A stretch of DNA of 56,054 nt from Candidatus Omnitrophota bacterium (GTDB lineage: Bacteria; Omnitrophota; Gorgyraeia; JABMSB01), in the NCBI GenBank assembly GCA_013202205.1, contig JABMSB010000012.1:1-56054 (forward strand), read 5' to 3'. The translations under genes and the position numbers were made by a program. The notes below the pieces were generated by a model, which searched no databases, was not told the origin of the DNA, and saw only the letters and a program-made list of their open reading frames with translations. Below are positions 37,127 to 49,755 of the stretch, piece after piece; the stretch's first letter is position 1, and each line of letters starts with the position of its first letter.

Positions 37127-38663
37127 CCAAGAGATAATTTTAGTAATAGATTTCGGATCCCAGTATAACCAGCTCATAGCGCGCCGCGTAAGAGAGCACA
37201 AGGCCTACTGCCGTATCGTCTCACCTAGGATAAGCCTAAAAAAGATAAAAGAGATCAATCCTAAAGGCATAATCCTATCCGGCGGCCCTTCGAGCGTCTA
37301 TCAGAAGAACGCCCCAAGGATAGATAAGAAGATATTGCGTTTAGGGATCCCGGTCTTAGGCATATGCTACGGCATGCAATTTTTGGCCAACGCGTGCGGG
37401 GGCAGGGTGGAACGCGCCAAAAAGAGGGAATATGGATACGCGGAACTTATGGTCGATGACGCGAGAGACCTATTTTCCGGGATTCCGCGTCAATCTCAAT
37501 CTTGGATGAGCCATGGGGACAAGATAATCAAGGTCCCGCCAAATATGGTACCACTTGCCCATACATCAAATACACGCGTGGCGGCATTTGCAGATCGCGA
37601 TGCCAAGATCTATGGTGTGCAGTTTCATCCTGAGGTGGCGCATACCGAACAGGGCATGGCGATATTGTGGAATTTTCTCTATCGCATATGCCGCTGCAGC
37701 GGCGATTGGACAATGGCATCTTTCATCAATGAAGCTGTACAAGAAATACAAAGCGTTGTGGGTGATGAGAAGGTTGTGCTTGGTTTAAGCGGCGGAGTCG
37801 ATTCATCCGTGACAGCGGTCTTGATGAATAAGGCCATAGGGAAGAGGCTCTATTGCGTCTTTGTAGATAACGGTGTCTTAAGAAAAGATGAAGCTGTGAG
37901 GGTGCGCGATGTATTTGCCAAGCGCCTGAAGGTAAACCTAAAGGTTGTCGATGCATCGAAGCATTTCCTGCGCAAATTAAAAGGCATCACCGATCCGGAG
38001 CGCAAACGTAAGATCATAGGCAATGAGTTTATCCATATATTTGAGAAAGAGGCAAAGAGGATAGGCAACGCGAAGTTCCTCGCTCAGGGCACGCTCTATC
38101 CCGATGTCATAGAGTCGAAATCGGCTTTCGGCGGCCCCAGCGCGACCATAAAGACACACCACAACGTAGGGGGGTTACCTAAGAAGATGAAGCTGAAATT
38201 GGTAGAGCCCCTGCGGGATCTCTTCAAGGATGAGGTGCGCCTCTTGGGAGAGGAGATGGGGATGCCGGAGGATATCGTATGGCGCCAGCCATTTCCCGGG
38301 CCGGGTCTTGCGGTCCGCATAGTGGGTGAAGTTACGAAGGCCCGATGTGATATATTGCGGGAGGTCGATTATATAATAGTCAATGAGATAAAGAAGACAG
38401 GTCTTTACCGCAAGCTCTGGCAGTCATTTGGCGTACTCTTGCCGATAAAGTCTGTCGGTGTAATGGGTGATGAGAGGACATACGAACATGTAGTTGCAAT
38501 ACGCGCGGTTACGAGCCAGGATGCGATGACGGCCGACTGGGCGAAGATCCCATACGATATATTAGCAAAGATCTCCAATCGCATAATAAACGAGGTTGAC
38601 GGGGTAAATAGAGTTGTCTATGACATATCATCGAAACCGCCATCAACGATAGAATGGGAGTAA
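37119..38663 (+). CDS. guaA: GMP synthase (glutamine-hydrolysing)
   Basis: [64 protein letters not shown]. Confidence 0.97.
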   Translation: MASQEIILVIDFGSQYNQLIARRVREHKAYCRIVSPRISLKKIKEINPKGIILSGGPSSVYQKNAPRIDKKILRLGIPVLGICYGMQFLANACGGRVERAKKREYGYAELMVDDARDLFSGIPRQSQSWMSHGDKIIKVPPNMVPLAHTSNTRVAAFADRDAKIYGVQFHPEVAHTEQGMAILWNFLYRICRCSGDWTMASFINEAVQEIQSVVGDEKVVLGLSGGVDSSVTAVLMNKAIGKRLYCVFVDNGVLRKDEAVRVRDVFAKRLKVNLKVVDASKHFLRKLKGITDPERKRKIIGNEFIHIFEKEAKRIGNAKFLAQGTLYPDVIESKSAFGGPSATIKTHHNVGGLPKKMKLKLVEPLRDLFKDEVRLLGEEMGMPEDIVWRQPFPGPGLAVRIVGEVTKARCDILREVDYIIVNEIKKTGLYRKLWQSFGVLLPIKSVGVMGDERTYEHVVAIRAVTSQDAMTADWAKIPYDILAKISNRIINEVDGVNRVVYDISSKPPSTIEWE

Positions 38664-38666
38664 GAG

Positions 38667-41600
38667 GTGCCGAAGCGTACTGATATAAAGAAGATCATGA
38701 TAATCGGATCCGGGCCTATAGTCATTTCGCAGGCCTGTGAGTTCGACTATTCTGGCACACAGGCGTGCAAGGCCCTCAGGGAGGAAGGATATAAGGTAAT
38801 CCTCGTCAACTCCAACCCAGCTACCATAATGACTGATCCGGATTTCGCCGATAGGACCTACATAGAGCCGGTAACCCCCGAGATAGTTGCCAAGATCATA
38901 GAGAGAGAGCGTCCTGATGCCCTGCTGCCCACGCTCGGCGGCCAGACAGGCTTAAATACCGCCGTTAAGGTCTACGAAATGGGTATATTGAAAAAGTATA
39001 AGGTAGAGATGATAGGCGCCAAGTACGAATCGATAAAGAAGGCCGAGGATAGAAACCTCTTTAAGAAGGCGATGGAAAAGATAGGCCTCGATCTCCCAAA
39101 GAGCGGTTTGGCCCATTCCATGGAAGAGGCGAAACAGATAGTTAAAAAAATAGGTTTCCCCGTGATTATAAGGCCCAGTTTTACGCTCGGCGGGACCGGA
39201 GGAGGCGTTGCAAATAATGCCGAGGAGTTTGCACTCCAGGCCGCCTTAGGGCTTGAAAATAGTATGACTAAAGAGATACTCATTGAAGAATCTATCCTTG
39301 GGTGGAAGGAGTATGAGTTTGAGGTGATGAGGGACCTCAAGGATAATGTAGTTATCATATGCTCAATAGAGAACTTCGATCCGATGGGGATACATACAGG
39401 TGATTCGATAACGGTTGCGCCTGCGCAGACACTGACTGACAGGGAATATCAGAGGATGCGTGATGCTTCCATAGCCGTCATACGGGAGATAGGTGTTGAG
39501 ACGGGCGGTTCGAATATACAATTTGCCGTTAACCCCGAGGATGGCCGCATGGTAGTAATAGAGATGAATCCGAGGGTTTCACGCAGCTCTGCCTTAGCCA
39601 GCAAGGCGACGGGATTTCCGATCGCGAAGTTCGCGGCAAAGCTTTCTGTAGGATACACGCTCGATGAAATACCTAACGATATAACAAAAAAGACTCCGGC
39701 GAGTTTTGAGCCGACGATAGATTATTGTGTAGTTAAGATACCGCGTTTTACATTTGAAAAATTCCCTAAAGCAGATCCAACACTTACCATATCGATGAAA
39801 TCTGTCGGTGAGACGATGGCGATAGGCAGGACCTTCAAAGAAGCATTGCAGAAAGGTCTGAGAGGGTTGGAGGTAGGTGTCAGCGGCCTTGACGGTAAAG
39901 GAGGCATAACAGACTTAAATAAACCCGTAAGTGACTATATGCTCGAGACGAAATTAAAGGTCCCCACTGCCGAGAGGATATTCTATATAAAGAGGGCAAT
40001 ATTGGATGGATGGTCAACAGATGAGATCTACAAACTCTCACATATAGATCCGTGGTTTCTTGAAAATATAAGGGAGATTTGCGAGCTCGAGAAACGCATA
40101 ATAAAAGAGGCCGAACGCGGCAATATTCCGGTCACCTTGCTCAAGAAGGCCAAGGAGACAGGATTTAGCGATCTGCACCTCTCAAAGCTCTTAAATGCCA
40201 GCGAAGAGGTTATAAGACAGACGAGAAAGAAGAACGGTATAGAGCCGGTCTATAAGCTCGTCGATACGTGCGGCGCGGAATTCGAGGCCTACACGCCTTA
40301 CTACTATTCCACATATGAGATCGAAGATGAGGTGCGCCGTTCAAGGAAGAAGAAGATCATGATACTCGGCGGCGGCCCAAACCGTATAGGCCAGGGCATA
40401 GAATTCGATTACTGCTGTGTCCATGCCAGTTTTGCGTTGAAGGAAGACGGTTATGAGACGATAATGGTAAATTCGAATCCCGAGACCGTATCGACCGACT
40501 ATGATACCTCCGATAGATTATATTTTGAGCCATTGACAAAAGAAGATGTCCTCAATATATGCGACAAGGAGAAGCCGGATGGGGTGATAGTCCAATTCGG
40601 CGGCCAGACACCGCTCAATCTTGCAGTGGCTTTGGATAGGGCCGGCGTACCTATAATAGGGACACCCCCGGCGGCCATACACCGCGCGGAAGACAGGGAA
40701 GAATTTAAGCAGATGCTCCAAAAATTAGGTTTAAGGCAGCCTGCCAACGGCACTGCCACATCCTTGCCTGAGGCATACGAAGCTGCCCGAGAGATCGGAT
40801 ATCCCGTTGTGGTGAGGCCTTCATATGTTTTGGGAGGCCGCGCCATGGATATCGTTTACGATGAGTCATCTATGGAAGGTCTTATACGCAATGCCAAAGA
40901 GGCCTCGCCCGAGCACCCTATATTGATAGATAAGTTTATCGAAGATGCCATAGAGGTAGATGTCGACATGGTCTCCGATGGTTCAAAGGGAATTATATGC
41001 GGCATAATGGAACATATAGAGGAGGCCGGTATCCATTCAGGGGATTCGGCTTGTGTCTTGCCGCCCCACACGTTGAGCGATGATATCATAAAAGGTATAA
41101 AAGAGACCACGTACATGCTGGCTGAGGAACTTGGTGTCGTGGGATTGATGAATATCCAATATGCCATAAAAGATGACCTTATCTATGTCCTTGAGGTGAA
41201 TCCGCGCGCAAGCCGGACCGTGCCTTTTGTGAGCAAGGCAACGGGCATACCCTGGGCCAAGGTTGCCGCGCGTGTTATGGCCGGCAAGAAACTAAAAGAT
41301 ATCGGGATAACAAAAGAGGTTAAGCCGAAGTACTTCTCGGTAAAGGAATCCGTGCTCCCATTCTCCAGATTCGCAGGTGTCGATACGGTGCTGGGTCCGG
41401 AGATGAAATCGACCGGCGAGGTAATGGGCATAGATTCCGATTTCGGCATATCATTTGCCAAGGCACAAAGCGGAGCAGGGTTGGATCTGCCCAGCAAGGG
41501 TACGGTATTTTTAAGCGTCAAGAATAGTGATAAACGTGATATAATCTTTATGGCGAAGAAACTGGCAGACCTTAAGTTTAAATTGGTAGCTACTAAGGGT

Positions 41601-41909
41601 ACCGCGAAGGTCCTCAAGGCCAATGGCCTCAAGGTAAAAGCCCTCAAGAGGGTACTGGAGGGCAATCCAAACGCGATAGACCTTATTAAGAGGAATGGTA
41701 TTCAGCTCGTTATAAATACGCCTACGGGTAAAGGGCCAAAGAAGGACCAGGCGTCTATACGCTCTGTTGCGGTTATGCATGGGATACCATGTATCACTAC
41801 GATGGCAGGCGCCCAGGCTACGGTGACAGGCATGGATGCCATGTCGAAGCGAAAGATGAAGGTCAGGTCTTTACAGGAATATCACGGATTGCGTAAAGCA
41901 GCTCTATAA
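38667..41909 (+). CDS. carB: Carbamoyl-phosphate synthase large subunit, canonical copy
   Basis: [74 protein letters not shown] domain. Confidence 0.96.
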   Translation: MPKRTDIKKIMIIGSGPIVISQACEFDYSGTQACKALREEGYKVILVNSNPATIMTDPDFADRTYIEPVTPEIVAKIIERERPDALLPTLGGQTGLNTAVKVYEMGILKKYKVEMIGAKYESIKKAEDRNLFKKAMEKIGLDLPKSGLAHSMEEAKQIVKKIGFPVIIRPSFTLGGTGGGVANNAEEFALQAALGLENSMTKEILIEESILGWKEYEFEVMRDLKDNVVIICSIENFDPMGIHTGDSITVAPAQTLTDREYQRMRDASIAVIREIGVETGGSNIQFAVNPEDGRMVVIEMNPRVSRSSALASKATGFPIAKFAAKLSVGYTLDEIPNDITKKTPASFEPTIDYCVVKIPRFTFEKFPKADPTLTISMKSVGETMAIGRTFKEALQKGLRGLEVGVSGLDGKGGITDLNKPVSDYMLETKLKVPTAERIFYIKRAILDGWSTDEIYKLSHIDPWFLENIREICELEKRIIKEAERGNIPVTLLKKAKETGFSDLHLSKLLNASEEVIRQTRKKNGIEPVYKLVDTCGAEFEAYTPYYYSTYEIEDEVRRSRKKKIMILGGGPNRIGQGIEFDYCCVHASFALKEDGYETIMVNSNPETVSTDYDTSDRLYFEPLTKEDVLNICDKEKPDGVIVQFGGQTPLNLAVALDRAGVPIIGTPPAAIHRAEDREEFKQMLQKLGLRQPANGTATSLPEAYEAAREIGYPVVVRPSYVLGGRAMDIVYDESSMEGLIRNAKEASPEHPILIDKFIEDAIEVDVDMVSDGSKGIICGIMEHIEEAGIHSGDSACVLPPHTLSDDIIKGIKETTYMLAEELGVVGLMNIQYAIKDDLIYVLEVNPRASRTVPFVSKATGIPWAKVAARVMAGKKLKDIGITKEVKPKYFSVKESVLPFSRFAGVDTVLGPEMKSTGEVMGIDSDFGISFAKAQSGAGLDLPSKGTVFLSVKNSDKRDIIFMAKKLADLKFKLVATKGTAKVLKANGLKVKALKRVLEGNPNAIDLIKRNGIQLVINTPTGKGPKKDQASIRSVAVMHGIPCITTMAGAQATVTGMDAMSKRKMKVRSLQEYHGLRKAAL

Positions 41910-41923
41910 AGAAGAGGTAATAT

Positions 41924-42169
41924 ATGTTTAACGTGAAGGTAGAAGTTACACTCAAGAAGCAGGTACTCGATCCACAGGGGTTGACGGTAAAGCACGCGCT
42001 CGAATCGCTCGGGTTTAATGAAGTCGATGAAGTAAGGATGGGTAAGTTTCTCGAGCTGAAGATTGAGGCGAAAGACCGCAAAGAGGCAGAAGAGAAGCTG
42101 CGCCGGATGTGCGAGAAGTTGTTGGTTAATCCGGTAATAGAAGATTATACTTACCAGATAGAGGGTTAA
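41924..42169 (+). CDS. purS: Phosphoribosylformylglycinamidine synthase subunit PurS
   Basis: [21 protein letters not shown]. Confidence 0.96.
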   Translation: MFNVKVEVTLKKQVLDPQGLTVKHALESLGFNEVDEVRMGKFLELKIEAKDRKEAEEKLRRMCEKLLVNPVIEDYTYQIEG

Positions 42170-42171
42170 GG

Positions 42172-42867
42172 ATGAAATTCGGAGTAGTCGTTTTTCCGGG
42201 ATCTAATTGTGACCACGATTGCTATCATGTCTTAAAAGATGCATTGGGGCAAGATACTGCATATATATGGCATAAAGACCGCTCTCTGGATGGGTGTGAC
42301 TGTATAGTCTTGCCGGGTGGATTCAGTTATGGTGATTATCTACGCACGGGCGCGATAGCGAGATTCTCTCCTATAATGAACGAGGTTGAGGGTTTTGCCA
42401 AAAAGGGCGGCATAGTCATTGGAATATGCAATGGTTTTCAGGTTCTTTTGGAGTCGGGCCTCCTCCCGGGCGCAATGAGACATAACGATAGTGTCAAGTT
42501 CGTCTGTAAATTCGTAAATCTGAAGACGGAAAATATTGACACACCTTTTACGAATAGATGCAACAAGGGCCAGGTCTTGAGGATTCCTATTGCGCACGGG
42601 GAAGGCAACTATTATGTGGACGACAATACGCTAAAAGCTCTCAATAAAGAGAATAGAATTATATTCCGCTACTGCGATAAAAATGGTGAGGTAACGCCGG
42701 ATGCGAATCCAAACGGTTCACTCGAAAATATAGCCGGTATAGTAAATAAACCGGGCAATGTACTGGGTATGATGCCGCATCCTGAGAGATGCTCTGAGCC
42801 GGTGCTTGGGTTTGTAGACGGCAAGCTTATATTTGAGTCTATTATAGGATGGCTAAGAAAAAGATGA
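42172..42867 (+). CDS. purQ: Phosphoribosylformylglycinamidine synthase subunit PurQ
   Basis: [42 protein letters not shown]. Confidence 0.97.
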   Translation: MKFGVVVFPGSNCDHDCYHVLKDALGQDTAYIWHKDRSLDGCDCIVLPGGFSYGDYLRTGAIARFSPIMNEVEGFAKKGGIVIGICNGFQVLLESGLLPGAMRHNDSVKFVCKFVNLKTENIDTPFTNRCNKGQVLRIPIAHGEGNYYVDDNTLKALNKENRIIFRYCDKNGEVTPDANPNGSLENIAGIVNKPGNVLGMMPHPERCSEPVLGFVDGKLIFESIIGWLRKR

Positions 42868-45068
42868 TAACAAAAGATATATATAGAGCGCTTGGCCTTC
42901 GAGATGATGAGTACGAGCGCATACTCAAGATCTTGGGACGCGAGCCGACCAAGACAGAGCTTGCGATGTTCTCTGTCGAGTGGTCGGAGCACTGCGGCTA
43001 CCCGCGTTCGCGCAAATACTTAAAGCTTCTGCCGCGAAAGGGGAGATATGAAGTACTCGTGGGCGAGGATGCCGGCGGCATCGTGGTCGGCGATACCGCT
43101 ATCATATTTAAGATGGAGTCGCATAACCATCCTTCCCAGGTCGAACCGAAGCAGGGGGCCGCGACAGGTGTAGGCGGCATAATAAGAGATATCTTCACAA
43201 GCGGCGCGCGCCCGGTAGCTTCGCTTAATTCACTCCGATTCGGGGAACTGACAGACCCATATACCAGATATCTCTTGCGTGGCGTGGTAGACGGAATACA
43301 ATTTTATGGAAATTGCATAGGTGTTCCGACAGTAGGAGGAGAGATATATTTTGATGACGCATATCAGGGCAACTGCCTTGTCAACGCGATGTCCTTGGGC
43401 ATTGCCAAGAGGGAGGATCTGGCAAGGGCTGTTGCACAAGGGACGGGCAATCCGATAATGTATGTCGGTTCTAAGACTGGGCGCGACGGGATAGGCGGCT
43501 GCAGTGTTTTAGCATCTGCGGAATTTGGCGAGGGTGATGCGAAGCGGCCAACGGTCCAGATAGGAGACCCGTTTACAGAAAAATGTCTTATAGAGGCGAC
43601 CATGGAGGCGCTCAAGACCGGGTACATAGTTGGGATTAAGGATATGGGCGCGGCCGGCCTTACCTGCTCATCGAGCGAGATGGCTTCGGCGGGCGGCTGT
43701 GGGATGGAAATAGATATATCTAAGGTGCCGCGGCGCGAAGAAGGGATGGAGCCGTGGGAAGTTATGATGAGTGAATCACAGGAGAGGATGCTCGTCTGCG
43801 TAAAGAAAGGAAAAGAAGAAGAGGTTGCCGAGATCTTTAAGAGGTGGGATTTAGAAGGCGTTGTTATCGGTTATGCAACGGATGATAAAAAGGTCCGCGT
43901 GTTGCACGAAGGAGAGGTCGTTGCCGAGATGCCGACAGCGTGCCTGACAGACCCGCCCCTATATGATATGCCGTACGAGGAACCCGCTTATATAAAGGAG
44001 GTAAGACGTTTTAAGCCATCCAATATAAAGGAACCATCTGATTATAATAAGGTACTTCTCGACCTTCTCGCATCGCCCACAATAACGAATAAGGCATGGG
44101 TCTATGAGCAGTATGACCATATGGTACAGGTAAATACGGCCGTATATCCCGGCTCTGATGCCGCTGTTTTGAGATTAAAGGGTTCAAAGAGAGGTATCGC
44201 CGTTACGACCGATTGCAACGGCCTCTATTGCTATCTTAATCCACGCGTGGGCGCACGCATCGCGGTAGCTGAGGCAGCACGCAATCTCGTATGTACAGGG
44301 GCGCATCCTGCCGGCGCGACCGACTGTCTCAATTTTGGAAACCCTGAGAAGCCGGACCGGTTCTGGCAGTTTAAAAATTGTGTCGAGTCGCTTGCCGAGG
44401 CTTGTGAGTACCTTAATATACCGGTTGTGAGCGGCAATGTATCTTTTTATAATGAGAGCCCCAACGGCCCTATCTTCCCGACGCCGACAATAGGCATGAT
44501 AGGTATCATAGAGGATATAGATAAGCGGTGCACGGCAAATTTCAAAGACGACGGAGACCTTCTCTTTCTTCTCGGGGAATGCAAGGATGAACTGGGGGGT
44601 AGTGAGTATTTGAAGAGGATACACGGAGTTAAGGCAGGGGACGCGCCTGAATGTGACCTTGAGATCGAGAAGAGGCTTCAGGAAGCATGTTTGGAGTTGA
44701 TAGATAAGGGTGCTATAAAGTCCGCGCATGACTGTTCCGAAGGTGGATTGGTTGTAGCGATAGCTGAATCATGTATATCTAGTGAGGGAGAGGAGAAGGG
44801 CGCTGCGATATCGGTACCTGAGATAGGATTTAGAAAGGATTCATATCTATTTGGTGAGACGCAGTCACGTATAGTAATTTCATGCAGTCCAAGAGAGAGA
44901 GAGAGGGTCAAAAAAATAGCCAGCTCACACAAGATCATTGCATCAGAGTTCGGGAAGGTAGGCGGCGATAGCTTGACATTCGAAATCTCAGACAAAAAGG
45001 TGATAAATATTGCCTTAAAGGATTTAATAAAGGCTTGGCGTGGAGGGTTGAAAAAATATGTTTCGTGA
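42849..45068 (+). CDS. purL: Phosphoribosylformylglycinamidine synthase subunit PurL (small type)
   Basis: [48 protein letters not shown]; alternative start at 42864. Confidence 0.97.
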   Translation: MAKKKMITKDIYRALGLRDDEYERILKILGREPTKTELAMFSVEWSEHCGYPRSRKYLKLLPRKGRYEVLVGEDAGGIVVGDTAIIFKMESHNHPSQVEPKQGAATGVGGIIRDIFTSGARPVASLNSLRFGELTDPYTRYLLRGVVDGIQFYGNCIGVPTVGGEIYFDDAYQGNCLVNAMSLGIAKREDLARAVAQGTGNPIMYVGSKTGRDGIGGCSVLASAEFGEGDAKRPTVQIGDPFTEKCLIEATMEALKTGYIVGIKDMGAAGLTCSSSEMASAGGCGMEIDISKVPRREEGMEPWEVMMSESQERMLVCVKKGKEEEVAEIFKRWDLEGVVIGYATDDKKVRVLHEGEVVAEMPTACLTDPPLYDMPYEEPAYIKEVRRFKPSNIKEPSDYNKVLLDLLASPTITNKAWVYEQYDHMVQVNTAVYPGSDAAVLRLKGSKRGIAVTTDCNGLYCYLNPRVGARIAVAEAARNLVCTGAHPAGATDCLNFGNPEKPDRFWQFKNCVESLAEACEYLNIPVVSGNVSFYNESPNGPIFPTPTIGMIGIIEDIDKRCTANFKDDGDLLFLLGECKDELGGSEYLKRIHGVKAGDAPECDLEIEKRLQEACLELIDKGAIKSAHDCSEGGLVVAIAESCISSEGEEKGAAISVPEIGFRKDSYLFGETQSRIVISCSPRERERVKKIASSHKIIASEFGKVGGDSLTFEISDKKVINIALKDLIKAWRGGLKKYVS

Positions 45069-46458
45069 GGGGCCTAAAGAAGCATGTGGTGTAATAGGAA
45101 TATTCGGCCATCCTGATGCGGCACGCCTGACATACCTGGGGCTCTATGCCCTGCAGCACCGCGGCCAGGAATCGGCAGGGATAACAGTTTCTGATGGCAA
45201 AAAGATCTCCTCCCACAAAGGGATGGGGTTGGTTGCTGATGTCTTCTCGGGCAATACCCTTGACAAGCTTAAAGGTGACAGGGGGATAGGCCACGTACGT
45301 TATTCTACGACAGGGTCTTCTAATATAAAGAATGCCCAACCGTTTATGGTAGAGTATTCGAGAGGAAAGATTGCCGTAGGCCACAACGGAAATCTCGTCA
45401 ATACAAGAAAGCTGCGCGATGAGCTTGAGGCGCATGGGGCAATATTCCAGACGACGATGGATAGTGAGCTGATAGTCCACCTTATAGCGAATGCCCGAAA
45501 AAAGAAGCTGGAAGATAATGTGGTCTATGCCCTTTCACAGCTAAAAGGGGCGTATTCACTGGTACTGATAACAGAAGATCAGGTAATAGTAGCGCGTGAT
45601 CCCAATGGTTTTCGGCCATTATGCCTTGGCAAGCTCAATGGCGCGTATGTGGTGGCGAGTGAGACGTGCGCATTTGACCTCATCCAGGCAAAGTATGTAA
45701 GGGATATAGAGCCCGGAGAGATACTCTTTATAAAGAAGGACGGCCTGAAGTCCGTGACGCCGTTTAAATCGGTGAAACACTCTTTTTGCATATTCGAATA
45801 TATATATTTCGCAAGGCCTGACAGCAATATATTCGGAAGCAACGTATATTTGACAAGGCGGCGATTGGGAGAGGAGCTTGCTAAGGAGGCGCCGGTCAAG
45901 GCGGATATGGTTATCCCTGTACCCGATTCAGGAAATTACGCCGGCTTAGGATACGCACACGCATCCGGCTTGCCGTTTGAGATGGGCATTGTGCGCAACC
46001 ACTACATAGGAAGGACCTTCATACAACCTTCACAGTATATCAGGGATTTTGGTGTAAAGATAAAGCTGAATCCGGTAAGGGAATTGATAAAGGGTAAAAG
46101 AATAGTCCTGGTAGAAGATTCTATAGTGCGCGGGACGACGAGCCGCACGAGGGTGCGCACGTTAAGGGATATGGGGGCTAAGGAGGTCCATATGTGCGTA
46201 AGCTGCCCGCCCCATATATTTCCTTGTTACTATGGAATAGATTTTCCTACGACCGAGGAGCTGATCGCATCATCAAAATCTGTTGAGAAAATAGCAGATT
46301 TTATAGGCCTTGATAGTTTGCAGTATCTGAGCGTTGAGGGTATGCTCAAATCTATGCCGATCTCAAGAAAAGAGTTCTGCACAGCCTGTTTTACGCGCAA
46401 CTGCCCTGTCGTACCAGATGACGGTGGAACTGATAAGAATGTATTCGAGAGGGATTGA
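45058..46458 (+). CDS. purF: Amidophosphoribosyltransferase (propeptide and [4Fe-4S] type)
   Basis: KEACGVIG, LQHRGQESAG, GHVRYST, CIFEYIYFARPDS, VEDSIVRGTT, CYYGID, FCTACF. Confidence 0.97.
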   Translation: MFREGPKEACGVIGIFGHPDAARLTYLGLYALQHRGQESAGITVSDGKKISSHKGMGLVADVFSGNTLDKLKGDRGIGHVRYSTTGSSNIKNAQPFMVEYSRGKIAVGHNGNLVNTRKLRDELEAHGAIFQTTMDSELIVHLIANARKKKLEDNVVYALSQLKGAYSLVLITEDQVIVARDPNGFRPLCLGKLNGAYVVASETCAFDLIQAKYVRDIEPGEILFIKKDGLKSVTPFKSVKHSFCIFEYIYFARPDSNIFGSNVYLTRRRLGEELAKEAPVKADMVIPVPDSGNYAGLGYAHASGLPFEMGIVRNHYIGRTFIQPSQYIRDFGVKIKLNPVRELIKGKRIVLVEDSIVRGTTSRTRVRTLRDMGAKEVHMCVSCPPHIFPCYYGIDFPTTEELIASSKSVEKIADFIGLDSLQYLSVEGMLKSMPISRKEFCTACFTRNCPVVPDDGGTDKNVFERD

Positions 46459-46499
46459 TACACAGCTTATAATCACATCCAACACAAGAAGGAGGAGTA

Positions 46500-49400
46500 A
46501 TGCCAAGGCGCGATGATATCCATAAGATTCTCATTATCGGTTCAGGCCCCATCATCATAGGACAGGCCTGCGAATTTGACTATTCCGGGACGCAAGCCTG
46601 CAAGGCATTGCGTGAAGAGGGATATGAGGTTGTTCTTGTCAATTCAAATCCAGCCACGATCATGACCGATCCGGGCATGGCCGATAAGACATATATCGAG
46701 CCGCTTACGGTGGAGAGCCTCGAGAAAATAATAGAGAAAGAGAGGCCTGACGCGCTCCTCCCAAACCTGGGCGGCCAGACAGGGCTCAACTTGTCCTCCA
46801 GCCTTTTCAAGGAAGGCATATTAGAAAAATACGGTGTCGAGATAATCGGCGTAAAAGAAGATGCTATAAAACGCGGCGAGGATCGCCTGGCGTTTAAAGA
46901 GACGATGAATAAACTTGGCCTTGAGATCCCGCGATCGAATATAAGTACCTCAGTTGAGGAGGCCGAAAGGATGGCCGAGGAGCTAAAGTACCCTGTTGTC
47001 CTAAGGCCCGCATATACGATGGGTGGCACAGGAGGCGGAATTGCATATAATGTCGAGGAGTTACGAACGATCGTTGCCCGAGGCCTCAGTGTTAGCCTTG
47101 TCAGTCAGGTGTTGGTTGAGGAGTCTGTCATAGGATGGGAAGAGTTGGAGCTTGAAGTGGTACGCGACCACAAAAACCAGCTGATCACGGTATGCTTTAT
47201 AGAAAATATTGATGCTATGGGCGTACATACAGGAGATAGTTTTTGCACAGCCCCCATGCTCACTGTACCTGAGCCGCTACAGAAGAGGATGCAGGATGCA
47301 TCGTACAAAATAGTCGAGGCGATCGGTGTTATCGGCGGGACGAATATACAATTTGCCCATAATCTCAAAGACGATAGATTGGTTGTTATCGAGATCAATC
47401 CACGCACCTCCCGGTCTTCGGCGCTTGCCTCAAAGGCCACAGGTTTTCCTATAGCGCGCATTTCAACGAAGCTGGCCGCGGGTCTTACCATGGATGAGAT
47501 ACCTTACTGGCGCGATGGGACGCTCGAGAAGTATACCCCAAGCGGTGATTATGTAGTCATTAAGTTTGCCCGTTGGGCTTTTGAGAAGTTCCCCCAGGCA
47601 AAAGATATTATAGGCACTCAGATGAAGGCGGTCGGTGAGGTTATGTCAATCGGTAAGACCTTCAAGGAGAGTTTCCAAAAATCGATACGCTCACTCGAAA
47701 TTGGCAGATATGGCCTCGGTGGAGCTAAAGATTTTAAGACGCTCCCTCTCGATCAGCTTAAAGAGCGGCTCGCCGTACCTTCAAGCGAGCGCATCTTTCT
47801 TATTTACGAGGCGCTGCGCAAAGGGATGGGGGTAGAGGATCTTTATAATTTAACATATATCGGACGACGGTTTATCAGTGAGATGAAGGAGTTGGTCGAT
47901 TTTGAAGAAGAGTTGTTGAAAGAGCCATGGAACAGCCTCTCCGATAAGAGCTTGATCAAGGCAAAGGAATGGGGCTTCTCAGACAGGTATCTGGCAGGCC
48001 TATTCGGCATACATGAAGCCGATGTCAGAAAGAGACGCCTCGCGCTTGGAAAATCTGCGCGGTATGAACCAGTACCCGTAAGCGGAGTAGAGAATGCCGC
48101 ATACTACTATTCTACACATTGTATCAAAGAGGATAAGGTGCCTGTTTCTTCAAATAAGAAGATAATGATATTGGGTGGGGGGCCGAACAGGATAGGACAG
48201 GGCATAGAGTTTGATTACACCTGTGTCCACGCGGCATTTGCCTTGCGTGATGAGGGGTATGAGTCGATTATGGTAAATTGCAATCCGGAGACCGTATCGA
48301 CAGATTACGATACCTCCAACAAGCTCTACTTCGAACCCCTTACAGTAGAAGATGTCCTGGCTATCTATGATAAGGAAAAACCCGAAGGCGCCATTGTGCA
48401 GTTTGGCGGGCAGACACCGCTTAATATAGCGCAGGAGTTGAAAGAGTGCGGGGTCAATATTCTTGGGACGACCCCGGAATCGATCCGTTTTGCCGAAGAC
48501 CGGGAGCGGTTTCGTGAGAAGATGATAGCGCTCGGGATTCCGCAGCCGGAAAGCGGCACCGCGCGTTCTCTCGATCAAGCCCTTACGATCGCCAAGGCCA
48601 TCGGTTACCCTTTAATGGTACGGCCATCTTTCGTGCTTGGTGGCAGGGGTATGGAGATCCTTTATGATGAGCAGATGCTGCGTAAATATGCCGTTGAGGC
48701 GATCAAGGTAAGCCCCGAATACCCGATGCTTATCGATAGATTTTTGGAGCAGGCCGTTGAGACGGAGGTCGACGCGCTATGTGATGGCGAAGATACCTTT
48801 GTGGCATCGATCATGGAACATATAGAGCATGCAGGTATCCATTCAGGGGATTCAGCCTGCGCAATTCCAACGAGGACTATAGACCCTAAACACCTGAAGA
48901 CCATAAATGAATATACCGCCCAGATCGCTCGCGAGCTTAAGGTGGTAGGGCTTATGAATATCCAGTATGCGATATGTGATGATAAGGTCTATATCCTTGA
49001 GGCCAATCCAAGGGCATCCCGTACCGTACCGATAGTTTCAAAAATACGAGGTATCCCTATAGCTCGCATTGCAACACTCCTCATGCTCGGTAAGAAAATA
49101 AAAGATTTCCCGGAATTAAAAGATGAGAAGCTGAATTATGTCGGGGTTAAGGAAGCGGTCTTTCCATTTAATATGTTCCCTGAGGTAGATCCACTCCTCG
49201 GTCCTGAGATGAGGGCTACGGGAGAAGTTATGGGTATCGGCGATACATTCGGCCTTGCTTACTATAAGGCAACAGCGGCAGCAGGGACTAAACTTCCCGT
49301 AGATGGGAATGTGTTGATCACCGTTGAGGATAAGGATAAACCGTATCTATTGCCGATAGCAAAGAGGATACACAAGCTAGGATTCTCCATCTATGCGACA

Positions 49401-49742
49401 TCCGGTACAGGTAATTTCCTTAAAGAGAATGGCATACCTACCACCGAGATAAAGAAATTACACGAAGGCAGGCCGAATATCGCAGATGCGATCCAGAATG
49501 GCGAGATTAAGCTTATCATCAATACGCCGGTGGGCAGAAGCAGCCAGTATGATGATAGCTACATTCGCATGAAAGCGATACAGCACAAGATTCCTTATAT
49601 CACCACAATGGCCGCAGCTGAGGCAAGTGTTGAGGGGATCGAGGCTGTCAAGAATAAGAGCATTGCTCCAAAAGCACTACAGGATTATTATAAGGAAGCG
49701 AATAGAGATGCCGGAAAAGTTACTACAAAAACGGGGAACTAA
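46500..49742 (+). CDS. carB: Second, divergent carbamoyl-phosphate synthase large subunit
   Basis: Full two-ATP-grasp architecture ([34 protein letters not shown]) but with the divergent segment [20 protein letters not shown]. Confidence 0.93.
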   Translation: MPRRDDIHKILIIGSGPIIIGQACEFDYSGTQACKALREEGYEVVLVNSNPATIMTDPGMADKTYIEPLTVESLEKIIEKERPDALLPNLGGQTGLNLSSSLFKEGILEKYGVEIIGVKEDAIKRGEDRLAFKETMNKLGLEIPRSNISTSVEEAERMAEELKYPVVLRPAYTMGGTGGGIAYNVEELRTIVARGLSVSLVSQVLVEESVIGWEELELEVVRDHKNQLITVCFIENIDAMGVHTGDSFCTAPMLTVPEPLQKRMQDASYKIVEAIGVIGGTNIQFAHNLKDDRLVVIEINPRTSRSSALASKATGFPIARISTKLAAGLTMDEIPYWRDGTLEKYTPSGDYVVIKFARWAFEKFPQAKDIIGTQMKAVGEVMSIGKTFKESFQKSIRSLEIGRYGLGGAKDFKTLPLDQLKERLAVPSSERIFLIYEALRKGMGVEDLYNLTYIGRRFISEMKELVDFEEELLKEPWNSLSDKSLIKAKEWGFSDRYLAGLFGIHEADVRKRRLALGKSARYEPVPVSGVENAAYYYSTHCIKEDKVPVSSNKKIMILGGGPNRIGQGIEFDYTCVHAAFALRDEGYESIMVNCNPETVSTDYDTSNKLYFEPLTVEDVLAIYDKEKPEGAIVQFGGQTPLNIAQELKECGVNILGTTPESIRFAEDRERFREKMIALGIPQPESGTARSLDQALTIAKAIGYPLMVRPSFVLGGRGMEILYDEQMLRKYAVEAIKVSPEYPMLIDRFLEQAVETEVDALCDGEDTFVASIMEHIEHAGIHSGDSACAIPTRTIDPKHLKTINEYTAQIARELKVVGLMNIQYAICDDKVYILEANPRASRTVPIVSKIRGIPIARIATLLMLGKKIKDFPELKDEKLNYVGVKEAVFPFNMFPEVDPLLGPEMRATGEVMGIGDTFGLAYYKATAAAGTKLPVDGNVLITVEDKDKPYLLPIAKRIHKLGFSIYATSGTGNFLKENGIPTTEIKKLHEGRPNIADAIQNGEIKLIINTPVGRSSQYDDSYIRMKAIQHKIPYITTMAAAEASVEGIEAVKNKSIAPKALQDYYKEANRDAGKVTTKTGN

Positions 49743-49755
49743 AAAGGGGCCGGAT

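Noticed and set aside
46444-46473. Internal promoter for carB2
   Set aside because: TATAAT is present at 46468-46473, but the -35 region (TTCGAG/TCGAGA) is poor; not enough to call.
38667-49742. Two carB copies as an assembly duplication
   Set aside because: The proteins differ along their whole length and have different flanks, so they are old paralogues or xenologues.
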